Positions 1-13,551 of a stretch of DNA of 64,000 nucleotides are shown here, in pieces. The stretch's first letter is position 1, and every line of letters begins with the position of its first letter. Below the pieces are notes generated by a model. It ran no database searches. It saw only the letters and a list, made by a program, of their open reading frames with translations, and was not told the origin of the DNA. This DNA comes from Auanema rhodensis (lineage: Eukaryota; Animalia; Nematoda), in assembly GCA_964057225.1 (NCBI GenBank), contig OZ059897.1, forward strand, positions 4,836,001-4,900,000. Reading direction: 5' to 3'. The translations under genes were made by a program, and so were the position numbers.

Positions 1-49
1 ACGTGTACATTTAATTAGCATAAATTAAAGTTCACGTAAATTTCAAAGT

Positions 50-62
50 CATGGTTACCATG
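50..62. other. Dyad symmetry CATGGT-T-ACCATG (first instance; present in most monomers)
   Basis: 6-bp perfect inverted arms around a 1-nt centre; contains a BstEII site GGTNACC. Confidence 0.8.
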
Positions 63-141
63 CACCAATATCAATAAAAATTTGTTTTTAGACTAATATG
101 GACATGGGGAATCTAATTTTAAAAACCGCATCTCTTTATCT

Positions 142-151
142 TTCACGTGAA
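142..151. other. Perfect 10-bp palindrome TTCACGTGAA containing the E-box/G-box CACGTG (first instance; present in nearly every monomer)
   Basis: Read directly from the sequence. A second CACGTG spans the monomer junction (176-181). Protein binding is not demonstrated. Confidence 0.8.
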
Positions 152-1232
152 GCAAGTTACATACCAAGTGCACAGCACGTGTACATTTAATTAGCATAAA
201 TTAAAGTTCACGTAAATTTCAAAGTCATGGTTACCATGCACCAATATCAATAAAAATTTGTTTTTAGACTAATATGGACATGGGGAATCTAATTTTGAAA
301 ATCGCATCTCTTTATCTTTCACGTGAAGCGAGTTACATACCAAGTGCACATCACGTGTACATTTAATTAGCATAAATTAAAGTTCACGTAAATTTCAAAG
401 TCATGGTTACCATGCACTAATATCAATAAAAATTTGTTTTTAGACTAATATGGACATGGGGAATCTAATTTTGAAAACCGCATCTCTTTATCTTTCACGT
501 GAAGCGAGTTACATACCAAGTGCACATCACGTGTACATTTAATTAGCATAAATTAAAGTTCACGTAAATTTCAAAGTCATGGTTACCATGCACTAATATC
601 AATAAAAATTTGTTTTTAGACTAATATGGACATGGGGAATCTAATTTTGAAAACCGCATCTCTTTATCTTTCACGTGAAGCAAGTTACATACCAAGTGCA
701 CAGCACGTGTACATTTAATTAGCATAAATTAAAGTTCACGTAAATTTCAAAGTCATGGTTACCATGCACTAATATCAATAAAAATTTGTTTTTAGACTAA
801 TATGGACATGGGGAATCTAATTTTGAAAACCGCATCTCTTTATCTTTCACGTGAAGCAAGTTACATACCAAGTGCACAGCACGTGTACATTTAATTAGCA
901 TAAATTAAAGTTCACGTAAATTTCAAAGTCATGGTTACCATGCACCAATATCAATAAAAATTTGTTTTTAGACTAATATGGACATGGGGAATCTAATTTT
1001 GAAAACCGCATCTCTTTATCTTTCACGTGAAGTGGGTTACATACCAAGTGCACATCACGTGTACATTTAATTAGCATAAATTAAAGTTCACGTAAATTTC
1101 AAAGTCATGGTTACCATGCACCAATATCAATAAAAATTTGTTTTTAGACTAATATGGACATGGGGAATCTAATTTTAAAAACCGCATCTCTTTATCTTTC
1201 ACTTGAAGCAAGTTACATACCAAGTGCACAGC

Positions 1233-4200
1233 ACGTGTACATTTAATTAGCATAAATTAAAGTTCACGTAAATTTCAAAGTCATGGTTACCATGCACCAA
1301 TATCAATAAAAATTTGTTTTTAGACTAATATGGACATGGGGAATCTAATTTTGAAAACCGCATCTCTTTATCTTTCACGTGAAGCGAGTTACATACCAAG
1401 TGCACAGCACGTGTACATTTAATTAGCATAAATTAAAGTTCACGTAAATTTCAAAGTCATGGTTACCATGCACCAATATCAATAAAAATTTGTTTTTAGA
1501 CTAATATGCACATGGGGAATCTAATTTTAAAAACCGCATCTCTTTATCTTTCACGTGAAGTGAGTTACATACCAAGTGCACAGCACGTGTACATTTAATT
1601 AGCATAAATTAAAGTTCACGTAAATTTCAAAGTCATGGTTACCATGCACTAATATCAATAAAAATTTGTTTTTAGACTAATATGGACATGGGGAATCTAA
1701 TTTTGAAAACCGCATCTCTTTATCTTTCACGTGAAGCAAGTTACATACCAAGTGCACATCACGTGCACATTTAATTAGCATAAATTAAAGTTCACGTAAA
1801 TTTCAAAGTCATGGTTACCATGAACCAATATCAATAAAAATTTGTTTTTAGACTAATATGGACATGGGGAATCTAATTTTAAAAACCGCATCTCTTTATC
1901 TTTCACGTGAAGCAAGTTACATACCAAGTGCATAGCACGTGTACATTTAATTAGCATAAATTAAAGTTCACGTAAATTTCAAAGTCATGGTTACCATGCA
2001 CCAATATCAATAAAAATTTGTTTTTAGACTAATATGGACATGGGGAATCTAATTGTGAAAACCGCATCTCTTTATCTTTCACGTGAAGCGAGTTACATAC
2101 CAAGTGCACATCACGTGTACATTTAATTAACATAAATTAAAGTTCACGTAAATTTCAAACTCATGATTACCATGCACCAATATCAATAAAAATTTGTTTT
2201 TAGACTAATATGGACATGGGGAATCTAATTTTGAAAACCGCATCTCTTTATCTTTCACGTGAAGTGGGTTACATACCAAGTGCACATCACGTGTACATTT
2301 AATTAGCATAAATTAAAGTTCACGTAAATTTCAAAGTCATGGTTACCATGCACCAATATCAATAAAAATTTGTTTTTAGACTAATATGGACATGGGGAAT
2401 CTAATTTTAAAAACCGCATCTCTTTATCTTTCACGTGAAGCAAGTTACATACCAAGTGCACAGCACGTGTACATTTAATTAGCATAAATTAAAGTTCACG
2501 TAAATTTCAAAGTCATGGTTACCATGCACCAATATCAATAAAAATTTGTTTTTAGACTAATATGGACATGGGGAATCTAATTTTAAAAACCGCATCTCTT
2601 TATCTTTCACGTGAAGCAAGTTACATACCAAGTGCACAGCACGTGTACATTTAATTAGCATAAATTAAAGTTCACGTAAATTTCAAAGTCATGGTTACCA
2701 TGCACCAATATCAATAAAAATTTGTTTTTAGACTAATATGGACATGGGGAATCTAATTTTAAAAACCGCATCTCTTTATCTTTCACGTGAAGCAAGTTAC
2801 ATACCAAGTGCACAGCACGTGTACATTTAATTAGCATAAATTAAAGTTCACGTAAATTTCAAAGTCATGGTTACCATGCACCAATATCAATAAAAATTTG
2901 TTTTTAGACTAATATGGACATGGGGAATCTAATTTTGAAAATCGCATCTCTTTATCTTTCACGTGAAGCGAGTTACATACCAAGTGCACATCACGTGTAC
3001 ATTTAATTAGCATAAATTAAAGTTCACGTAAATTTCAAAGTCATGGTTACCATGCACTAATATCAATAAAAAATTGTTTTTAGACTAATATGGACATGGG
3101 GAATCTAATTTTGAAAACCGCATCTCTTTATCTTTCACGTGAAGCGAGTTACATACCAAGTGCACATCACGTGTACATTTAATTAGCATAAATTAAAGTT
3201 CACGTAAATTTCAAAGTCATGGTTACCATGCACTAATATCAATAAAAATTTGTTTTTAGACTAATATGGACATGGGGAATCTAATTTTGAAAACCGCATC
3301 TCTTTATCTTTCACGTGAAGCAAGTTACATACCAAGTGCACAGCACGTGTACATTTAATTAGCATAAATTAAAGTTCACGTAAATTTCAAAGTCATGGTT
3401 ACCATGCACTAATATCAATAAAAATTTGTTTTTAGACTAATATGGACATGGGGAATCTAATTTTGGAAACCGCATCTCTTTATCTTTCACGTGAAGCAAG
3501 TTACATACCAAGTGCACATCACGTGTACATTTAATTAGCATAAATTAAAGTTCACGTAAATTTCAAAGTCATGGTTACCATGCACCAATATCAATAAAAA
3601 TTTGTTTTTAGACTAATATGGACATGGGGAATCTAATTTTGAAAACCGCATCTCTTTATCTTTCACGTGAAGCGAGTTACATACCAAGTGCACAGCACGT
3701 GTACATTTAATTAGCATAAATTAAAGTTCACGTAAATTTCAAAGTCATGGTTACCATGCACCAATATCAATAAAAATTTGTTTTTAGACTAATATGCACA
3801 TGGGGAATCTAATTTTAAAAACCGCATCTCTTTATCTTTCACGTGAAGTGAGTTACATACCAAGTGCACAGCACGTGTACATTTAATTAGCATAAATTAA
3901 AGTTCACGTAAATTTCAAAGTCATGGTTACCATGCACTAATATCAATAAAAATTTGTTTTTAGACTAATATGGACATGGGGAATCTAATTTTGAAAACCG
4001 CATCTCTTTATCTTTCACGTGAAGCAAGTTACATACCAAGTGCACATCACGTGCACATTTAATTAGCATAAATTAAAGTTCACGTAAATTTCAAAGTCAT
4101 GGTTACCATGAACCAATATCAATAAAAATTTGTTTTTAGACTAATATGGACATGGGGAATCTAATTTTAAAAACCGCATCTCTTTATCTTTCACGTGAAG

Positions 4201-5808
4201 CAAGTTACATACCAAGTGCATAGCACGTGTACATTTAATTAGCATAAATTAAAGTTCACGTAAATTTCAAAGTCATGGTTACCATGCACCAATATCAATA
4301 AAAATTTGTTTTTAGACTAATATGGACATGGGGAATCTAATTGTGAAAACCGCATCTCTTTATCTTTCACGTGAAGCGAGTTACATACCAAGTGCACATC
4401 ACGTGTACATTTAATTAACATAAATTAAAGTTCACGTAAATTTCAAACTCATGATTACCATGCACCAATATCAATAAAAATTTGTTTTTAGACTAATATG
4501 GACATGGGGAATCTAATTTTGAAAACCGCATCTCTTTATCTTTCACGTGAAGTGGGTTACATACCAAGTGCACATCACGTGTACATTTAATTAGCATAAA
4601 TTAAAGTTCACGTAAATTTCAAAGTCATGGTTACCATGCACCAATATCAATAAAAATTTGTTTTTAGACTAATATGGACATGGGGAATCTAATTTTAAAA
4701 ACCGCATCTCTTTATCTTTCACGTGAAGCAAGTTACATACCAAGTGCACAGCACGTGTACATTTAATTAGCATAAATTAAAGTTCACGTAAATTTCAAAG
4801 TCATGGTTACCATGCACCAATATCAATAAAAATTTGTTTTTAGACTAATATGGACATGGGGAATCTAATTTTAAAAACCGCATCTCTTTATCTTTCACGT
4901 GAAGCAAGTTACATACCAAGTGCACAGCACGTGTACATTTAATTAGCATAAATTAAAGTTCACGTAAATTTCAAAGTCATGGTTACCATGCACCAATATC
5001 AATAAAAATTTGTTTTTAGACTAATATGGACATGGGGAATCTAATTTTAAAAACCGCATCTCTTTATCTTTCACGTGAAGCAAGTTACATACCAAGTGCA
5101 CAGCACGTGTACATTTAATTAGCATAAATTAAAGTTCACGTAAATTTCAAAGTCATGGTTACCATGCACCAATATCAATAAAAATTTGTTTTTAGACTAA
5201 TATGGACATGGGGAATCTAATTTTGAAAATCGCATCTCTTTATCTTTCACGTGAAGCGAGTTACATACCAAGTGCACATCACGTGTACATTTAATTAGCA
5301 TAAATTAAAGTTCACGTAAATTTCAAAGTCATGGTTACCATGCACTAATATCAATAAAAAATTGTTTTTAGACTAATATGGACATGGGGAATCTAATTTT
5401 GAAAACCGCATCTCTTTATCTTTCACGTGAAGCGAGTTACATACCAAGTGCACATCACGTGTACATTTAATTAGCATAAATTAAAGTTCACGTAAATTTC
5501 AAAGTCATGGTTACCATGCACTAATATCAATAAAAATTTGTTTTTAGACTAATATGGACATGGGGAATCTAATTTTGAAAACCGCATCTCTTTATCTTTC
5601 ACGTGAAGCAAGTTACATACCAAGTGCACAGCACGTGTACATTTAATTAGCATAAATTAAAGTTCACGTAAATTTCAAAGTCATGGTTACCATGCACTAA
5701 TATCAATAAAAATTTGTTTTTAGACTAATATGGACATGGGGAATCTAATTTTGGAAACCGCATCTCTTTATCTTTCACGTGAAGCAAGTTACATACCAAG
5801 TGCACATC
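1233..5808. repeat. Tandem duplication of a 13-monomer block (2288 bp x 2)
   Basis: Rare variants repeat at offset 2288: ATGCACATG at 1509/3797, AATTGTGAAA at 2055/4343, GAAAATCG at 2942/5230, AAAAAATTG at 3073/5361. Confidence 0.9.
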
Positions 5809-8800
5809 ACGTGTACATTTATTTAGCATAAATTAAAGTTCACGTAAATTTCAAAGTCATGGTTACCATGCACCAATATCAAAAAAAATTTGTTTTTAGA
5901 CTAATATGGACATGGGGAATCTAATTTTGGAAACCGCATCTCTTTATCTTTCACGTGAAGCAAGTTACATACCAAGTGCACATCACGTGTACATTTAATT
6001 AGCATAAATTAAAGTTCACGTAAATTTCAAAGTCATGGTTACCATGCACTAATATCAATAAAAATTTGTTTTTAGACTAATATGGACATGGGGAATCTAA
6101 TTTTGAAAACCGCATCTCTTTATCTTTCACGTGAAGCAAGTTACATACCAAGTGCACATCACGTGTACATTTAATTAGCATAAATTAAAGTTCACGTAAA
6201 TTTCAAAGTCATGGTTACCATGCACCAATATCAATAAAAATTTGTTTTTAGACTAATATGGACATGGGGAATCTAATTTTGAAAACCGCATCTTTTTATC
6301 TTTCACGTGAAGTGGGTTACATACCAAGTGCACATCACGTGTACATTTAATTAGCATAAATTAAAGTTAACGTAAATTTCAAAGTCATGGTTACCATGCA
6401 CCAATATCAATAAAAATTAGTTTTTAGACTAATATGGACATGGGGAATCTAATTTTGAAAACCGCATCTCTTTATCTTTCACGTGAAGCGAGTTACATAC
6501 CAAGTGCACATCACGTGTACATTTAATTAGCATAAATTAAAGTTCACGTAAATTTCAAAGTCATGGTGACCATGCACCAATATCAATAAAAATTAGTTTT
6601 TAGACTAATATGGACATGGGGAATCTAATTTTAGAAACCGCATCTCTTTATCTTTCACGTGAAGCAAGTTACATACCAAGTGCACAGCACGTGTACATTT
6701 AATTAGCATAAATTAAAGTTCACGTAAATTTCAAAGTCATGGTTACCATGCACCAATATCAATAAAAATTTGTTTTTAGACTAATATGGACATGGGGAAT
6801 CTAATTTTGGAAACCGCATCTCTTTATCTTTCACGTGAAGCAAGTTACATACCAAGTGCACATCACGTGTACATTTAATTAGCATAAATTAAAGTTCACG
6901 TAAATTTCAAAGTCATGGTTACCATGCACTAATATCAATAAAAATTTGTTTTTAGACTAATATGGACATGGGGAATCTAATTTTGAAAACCGCATCTCTT
7001 TATCTTTCACGTGAAGCGAGTTACATACCAAGTGCACATCACGTGTACATTTAATTAGCATAAATTAAAGTTCACGTAAATTTCAAAGTCATGGTTACCA
7101 TGCACTAATATCAATAAAAAATTGTTTTTAGACTAATATGGACATGGGGAATCTAATTTTGAAAACCGCATCTCTTTATCTTTCACGTGAAGCGAGTTAC
7201 ATACCAAGTGCACATCACGTGTACATTTAATTAGCATAAATTAAAGTTCACGTAAATTTCAAAGTCATGGTTACCATGCACTAATATCAATAAAAATTTG
7301 TTTTTAGACTAATATGGACATGGGGAATCTAATTTTGAAAACCGCATCTCTTTATCTTTCACGTGAAGCAAGTTACATACCAAGTGCACAGCACGTGTAC
7401 ATTTAATTAGCATAAATTAAAGTTCACGTAAATTTCAAAGTCATGGTTACCATGCTCCAATATCAATAAAAATTTGTTTTTAGACTAATATGGACATGGG
7501 GAATCTAATTTTGGAAACCGCATCTCTTTATCTTTCACGTGAAGCAAGTTACATACCAAGTGCACATCACGTGTACATTTAATTAGCATAAATTAAAGTT
7601 CACGTAAATTTCAAAGTCATGGTTACCATGCACCAATATCAAAAAAAATTTGTTTTTAGACTAATATGGACATGGGGAATCTAATTTTGGAAACCGCATC
7701 TCTTTATCTTTCACGTGAAGCAAGTTACATACCAAGTGCACATCACGTGTACATTTAATTAGCATAAATTAAAGTTCACGTAAATTTCAAAGTCATGGTT
7801 ACCATGCACTAATATCAATAAAAATTTGTTTTTAGACTAATATGGACATGGGGAATCTAATTTTGAAAACCGCATCTCTTTATCTTTCACGTGAAGCAAG
7901 TTACATACCAAGTGCACATCACGTGTACATTTAATTAGCATAAATTAAAGTTCACGTAAATTTCAAAGTCATGGTTACCATGCACCAATATCAATAAAAA
8001 TTTGTTTTTAGACTAATATGGACATGGGGAATCTAATTTTGAAAACCGCATCTTTTTATCTTTCACGTGAAGTGGGTTACATACCAAGTGCACATCACGT
8101 GTACATTTAATTAGCATAAATTAAAGTTAACGTAAATTTCAAAGTCATGGTTACCATGCACCAATATCAATAAAAATTAGTTTTTAGACTAATATGGACA
8201 TGGGGAATCTAATTTTGAAAACCGCATCTCTTTATCTTTCACGTGAAGCGAGTTACATACCAAGTGCACATCACGTGTACATTTAATTAGCATAAATTAA
8301 AGTTCACGTAAATTTCAAAGTCATGGTGACCATGCACCAATATCAATAAAAATTAGTTTTTAGACTAATATGGACATGGGGAATCTAATTTTAAAAACCG
8401 CATCTCTTTATCTTTCACGTGAAGCAAGTTACATACCAAGTGCACAGCACGTGTACATTTAATTAGCATAAATTAAAGTTCACGTAAATTTCAAAGTCAT
8501 GGTTACCATGCACCAATATCAATAAAAATTTGTTTTTAGACTAATATGGACATGGGGAATCTAATTTTGGAAACCGCATCTCTTTATCTTTCACGTGAAG
8601 CAAGTTACATACCAAGTGCACATCACGTGTACATTTAATTAGCATAAATTAAAGTTCACGTAAATTTCAAAGTCATGGTTACCATGCACTAATATCAATA
8701 AAAATTTGTTTTTAGACTAATATGGACATGGGGAATCTAATTTTGAAAACCGCATCTCTTTATCTTTCACGTGAAGCAAGTTACATACCAATTGCACAGC
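5281..8800. repeat. Tandem duplication of a 10-monomer block (1760 bp x 2), overlapping the end of the 13-mer duplication
   Basis: Variants at offset 1760: T75>A at 5883/7643, TCTTTTT at 6294/8054, GTTAACG at 6369/8129, GGTGACC at 6568/8328. Confidence 0.9.
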
Positions 8801-11800
8801 ACGTGTACATTTAATTAGCATAAATTAAAGTTCACGTAAATTTCAAAGTCATGGTTACCATGCACTAATATCAATAAAAATTTGTTTTTAGACTAATATG
8901 GACATGGGGAATCTAATTTTGAAAACCGCATCTCTTTATCTTTCACGTGAAGCAAGTTACATACCAAGTGCATAGCACGTGTACATTTAATTAGCATAAA
9001 TTAAAGTTCACGTAAATTTCAAAGTCATGGTTACCATGAACCAATATCAATAAAAATTTGTTTTTAGACTAATATGGACATGGGGAATCTAATTTTAAAA
9101 ACCGCATCTCTTTATCTTTCACGTGAAGCAAGTTACATACCAAGTGCACAGCACGTGTACATTTAATTAGCATAAATTAAAGTTCACGTAAATTTCAAAG
9201 TCATGGTTACCATGCACTAATATCAATAAAAATTTGTTTTTAGACTAATATGGACATGGGGAATCTAATTTTGAAAACCGCATCTCTTTATCTTTCACGT
9301 GAAGCAAGTTACATACCAAGTGCATAGCACGTGTACATTTAATTAGCATAAATTAAAGTTCACGTAAATTTCAAAGTCATGGTTACCATGAACCAATATC
9401 AATAAAAATTTGTTTTTAGACTAATATGGACATGGGGAATCTAATTTTAAAAACCGCATCTCTTTATCTTTCACGTGAAGCAAGTTACATACCAAGTGCA
9501 TAGCACGTGTACATTTAATTAGCATAAATTAAAGTTCACGTAAATTTCAAAGTCATGGTTACCATGCACCAATATCAATAAAAATTTGTTTTTAGACTAA
9601 TATGGACATGGGGAATCTAATTTTAAAAACCGCATCTCTTTATCTTTCACGTGAAGCAAGTTACATACCAAGTGCACAGCACGTGTACATTTAATTAGCA
9701 TAAATTAAAGTTCACGTAAATTTCAAAGTCATGGTTACCATGCACCAATATCAATGAAATTTGTTTTTAGACTAATATGGACATGGGGAATCTAATTTTA
9801 AAAACCGCATCTCTTTATCTTTCACGTGAAGCGAGTTACATACCAAGTGCACATCACGTGTACATTTAATTAGCATAAATTGAAGTTCACGTAAATTTGA
9901 AAGTCATGGTGACCATGCACCAATATCAATAAAAATTAGTTTTTAGACTAATATGGACATGGGGAATCTAATTTTAAAAACCGCATCTCTTTATCTTTCA
10001 CGTGAAGCAAGTTACATACCAAGTGCACAGCACGTGTACATTTAATTAGCATAAATTAAAGTTCACGTAAATTTCAAAGTCATGGTTACCATGCACCAAT
10101 ATCAATAAAAATTTGTTTTTAGACTAATATGGACATGGGGAATCTAATTTTGGAAACCGCATCTCTTTATCTTTCACGTGAAGCAAGTTACATACCAAGT
10201 GCACATCACGTGTACATTTAATTAGCATAAATTAAAGTTCACGTAAATTTCAAAGTCATGGTTACCATGCACTAATATCAATAAAAATTTGTTTTTAGAC
10301 TAATATGGACATGGGGAATCTAATTTTGAAAACCGCATCTCTTTATCTTTCACGTGAAGCAAGTTACATACCAAGTGCACAGCACGTGTACATTTAATTA
10401 GCATAAATTAAAGTTCACGTAAATTTCAAAGTCATGGTTACCATGCACTAATATCAATAAAAATTTGTTTTTAGACTAATATGGACATGGGGAATCTAAT
10501 TTTGAAAACCGCATCTCTTTATCTTTCACGTGAAGCAAGTTACATACCAAGTGCATAGCACGTGTACATTTAATTAGCATAAATTAAAGTTCACGTAAAT
10601 TTCAAAGTCATGGTTACCATGCACTAATATCAATAAAAATTTGTTTTTAGACTAATATGGACATGGGGAATCTAATTTTGAAAACCGCATCTCTTTATCT
10701 TTCACGTGAAGCAAGTTACATACCAAGTGCATAGCACGTGTACATTTAATTAGCATAAATTAAAGTTCACGTAAATTTCAAAGTCATGGTTACCATGAAC
10801 CAATATCAATAAAAATTTGTTTTTAGACTAATATGGACATGGGGAATCTAATTTTAAAAACCGCATCTCTTTATCTTTCACGTGAAGCAAGTTACATACC
10901 AAGTGCATAGCACGTGTACATTTAATTAGCATAAATTAAAGTTCACGTAAATTTCAAAGTCATGGTTACCATGCACCAATATCAATAAAAATTTGTTTTT
11001 AGACTAATATGGACATGGGGAATCTAATTTTAAAAACCGCATCTCTTTATCTTTCACGTGAAGCAAGTTACATACCAAGTGCACAGCACGTGTACATTTA
11101 ATTAGCATAAATTAAAGTTCACGTAAATTTCAAAGTCATGGTTACCATGCACCAATATCAATAAAAATTTGTTTTTAGACTAATATGGACATGGGGAATC
11201 TAATTTTAAAAACCGCATCTCTTTATCTTTCACGTGAAGCGAGTTACATACCAAGTGCACATCACGTGTACATTTAATTAGCATAAATTGAAGTTCACGT
11301 AAATTTGAAAGTCATGGTGACCATGCACCAATATCAATAAAAATTAGTTTTTAGACTAATATGGACATGGGGAATCTAATTTTAAAAACCGCATCTCTTT
11401 ATCTTTCACGTGAAGCAAGTTACATACCAAGTGCACAGCACGTGTACATTTAATTAGCATAAATTAAAGTTCACGTAAATTTCAAAGTCATGGTTACCAT
11501 GCACCAATATCAATAAAAATTTGTTTTTAGACTAATATGGACATGGGGAATCTAATTTTGGAAACCGCATCTCTTTATCTTTCACGTGAAGCAAGTTACA
11601 TACCAAGTGCACATCACGTGTACATTTAATTAGCATAAATTAAAGTTCACGTAAATTTCAAAGTCATGGTTACCATGCACTAATATCAATAAAAATTTGT
11701 TTTTAGACTAATATGGACATGGGGAATCTAATTTTGAAAACCGCATCTCTTTATCTTTCACGTGAAGCAAGTTACATACCAAGTGCACAGCACGTGTACA

Positions 11801-13551
11801 TTTAATTAGCATAAATTAAAGTTCACGTAAATTTCAAAGTCATGGTTACCATGCACTAATATCAATAAAAATTTGTTTTTAGACTAATATGGACATGGGG
11901 AATCTAATTTTGAAAACCGCATCTCTTTATCTTTCACGTGAAGCAAGTTACATACCAAGTGCATAGCACGTGTACATTTAATTAGCATAAATTAAAGTTC
12001 ACGTAAATTTCAAAGTCATGGTTACCATGAACCAATATCAATAAAAATTTGTTTTTAGACTAATATGGACATGGGGAATCTAATTTTAAAAACCGCATCT
12101 CTTTATCTTTCACGTGAAGCAAGTTACATACCAAGTGCATAGCACGTGTACATTTAATTAGCATAAATTAAAGTTCACGTAAATTTCAAAGTCATGGTTA
12201 CCATGAACCAATATCAATAAAAATTTGTTTTTAGACTAATATGGACATGGGGAATCTAATTTTAAAAACCGCATCTCTTTATCTTTCACGTGAAGCAAGT
12301 TACATACCAAGTGCATAGCACGTGTACATTTAATTAGCATAAATTAAAGTTCACGTAAATTTCAAAGTCATGGTTACCATGCACCAATATCAATAAAAAT
12401 TTGTTTTTAGACTAATATGGACATGGGGAATCTAATTTTAAAAACCGCATCTCTTTATCTTTCACGTGAAGCAAGTTACATACCAAGTGCACAGCACGTG
12501 TACATTTAATTAGCATAAATTAAAGTTCACGTAAATTTCAAAGTCATGGTTACCATGCACCAATATCAATAAAAATTTGTTTTTAGACTAATATGGACAT
12601 GGGGAATCTAATTTTAAAAACCGCATCTCTTTATCTTTCACGTGAAGCGAGTTACATACCAAGTGCACATCACGTGTACATTTAATTAGCATAAATTGAA
12701 GTTCACGTAAATTTGAAAGTCATGGTGACCATGCACCAATATCAATAAAAATTAGTTTTTAGACTAATATGGACATGGGGAATCTAATTTTAAAAACCGC
12801 ATCTCTTTATCTTTCACGTGAAGCAAGTTACATACCAAGTGCACAGCACGTGTACATTTAATTAGCATAAATTAAAGTTCACGTAAATTTCAAAGTCATG
12901 GTTACCATGCACCAATATCAATAAAAATTTGTTTTTAGACTAATATGGACATGGGGAATCTAATTTTGGAAACCGCATCTCTTTATCTTTCACGTGAAGC
13001 AAGTTACATACCAAGTGCACATCACGTGTACATTTAATTAGCATAAATTAAAGTTCACGTAAATTTCAAAGTCATGGTTACCATGCACTAATATCAATAA
13101 AAATTTGTTTTTAGACTAATATGGACATGGGGAATCTAATTTTGAAAACCGCATCTCTTTATCTTTCACGTGAAGCAAGTTACATACCAAGTGCACAGCA
13201 CGTGTACATTTAATTAGCATAAATTAAAGTTCACGTAAATTTCAAAGTCATGGTTACCATGCACTAATATCAATAAAAATTTGTTTTTAGACTAATATGG
13301 ACATGGGGAATCTAATTTTGAAAACCGCATCTCTTTATCTTTCACGTGAAGCAAGTTACATACCAAGTGCATAGCACGTGTACATTTAATTAGCATAAAT
13401 TAAAGTTCACGTAAATTTCAAAGTCATGGTTACCATGAACCAATATCAATAAAAATTTGTTTTTAGACTAATATGGACATGGGGAATCTAATTTTAAAAA
13501 CCGCATCTCTTTATCTTTCACGTGAAGCAAGTTACATACCAAGTGCATAGC
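8800..13551. repeat. About three copies of an 8-monomer higher-order unit (1408 bp)
   Basis: The marker monomer AAATTGAAG...ATTTGAAAG...GGTGACC...AATTAG starts at 9856, 11264 and 12672 (spacing 8 x 176). Boundaries are approximate. Confidence 0.85.
9681..9855. repeat. 175-bp monomer (TCAATGAAATTTG replaces TCAATAAAAATTTG)
   Basis: Seen at 9751-9763; array phase shifts by -1 afterwards (next monomer starts at 9856). Confidence 0.9.

Noticed and set aside
73-78. AATAAA polyadenylation signal in each monomer
   Set aside because: Expected by chance in AT-rich DNA, and there is no associated gene.
1-176. Tandem RNA gene cluster (5S rRNA, tRNA, snRNA, spliced leader)
   Set aside because: I recognise no 5S, tRNA or snRNA sequence, Pol III A/B/C boxes or cloverleaf. 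An Infernal/Rfam scan would be the formal test.
1-176. CENP-B box
   Set aside because: The core TTCG-N4-A-N2-CGGG is absent on both strands of the consensus.
350-500. Yeast point centromere (CDEI-CDEII-CDEIII), suggested by ATCACGTG followed by AT-rich DNA and a CCG
   Set aside because: The downstream DNA is far below the >90% AT of CDEII, there is no CDEIII CCGAA consensus, and point centromeres are single-copy rather than tandem.
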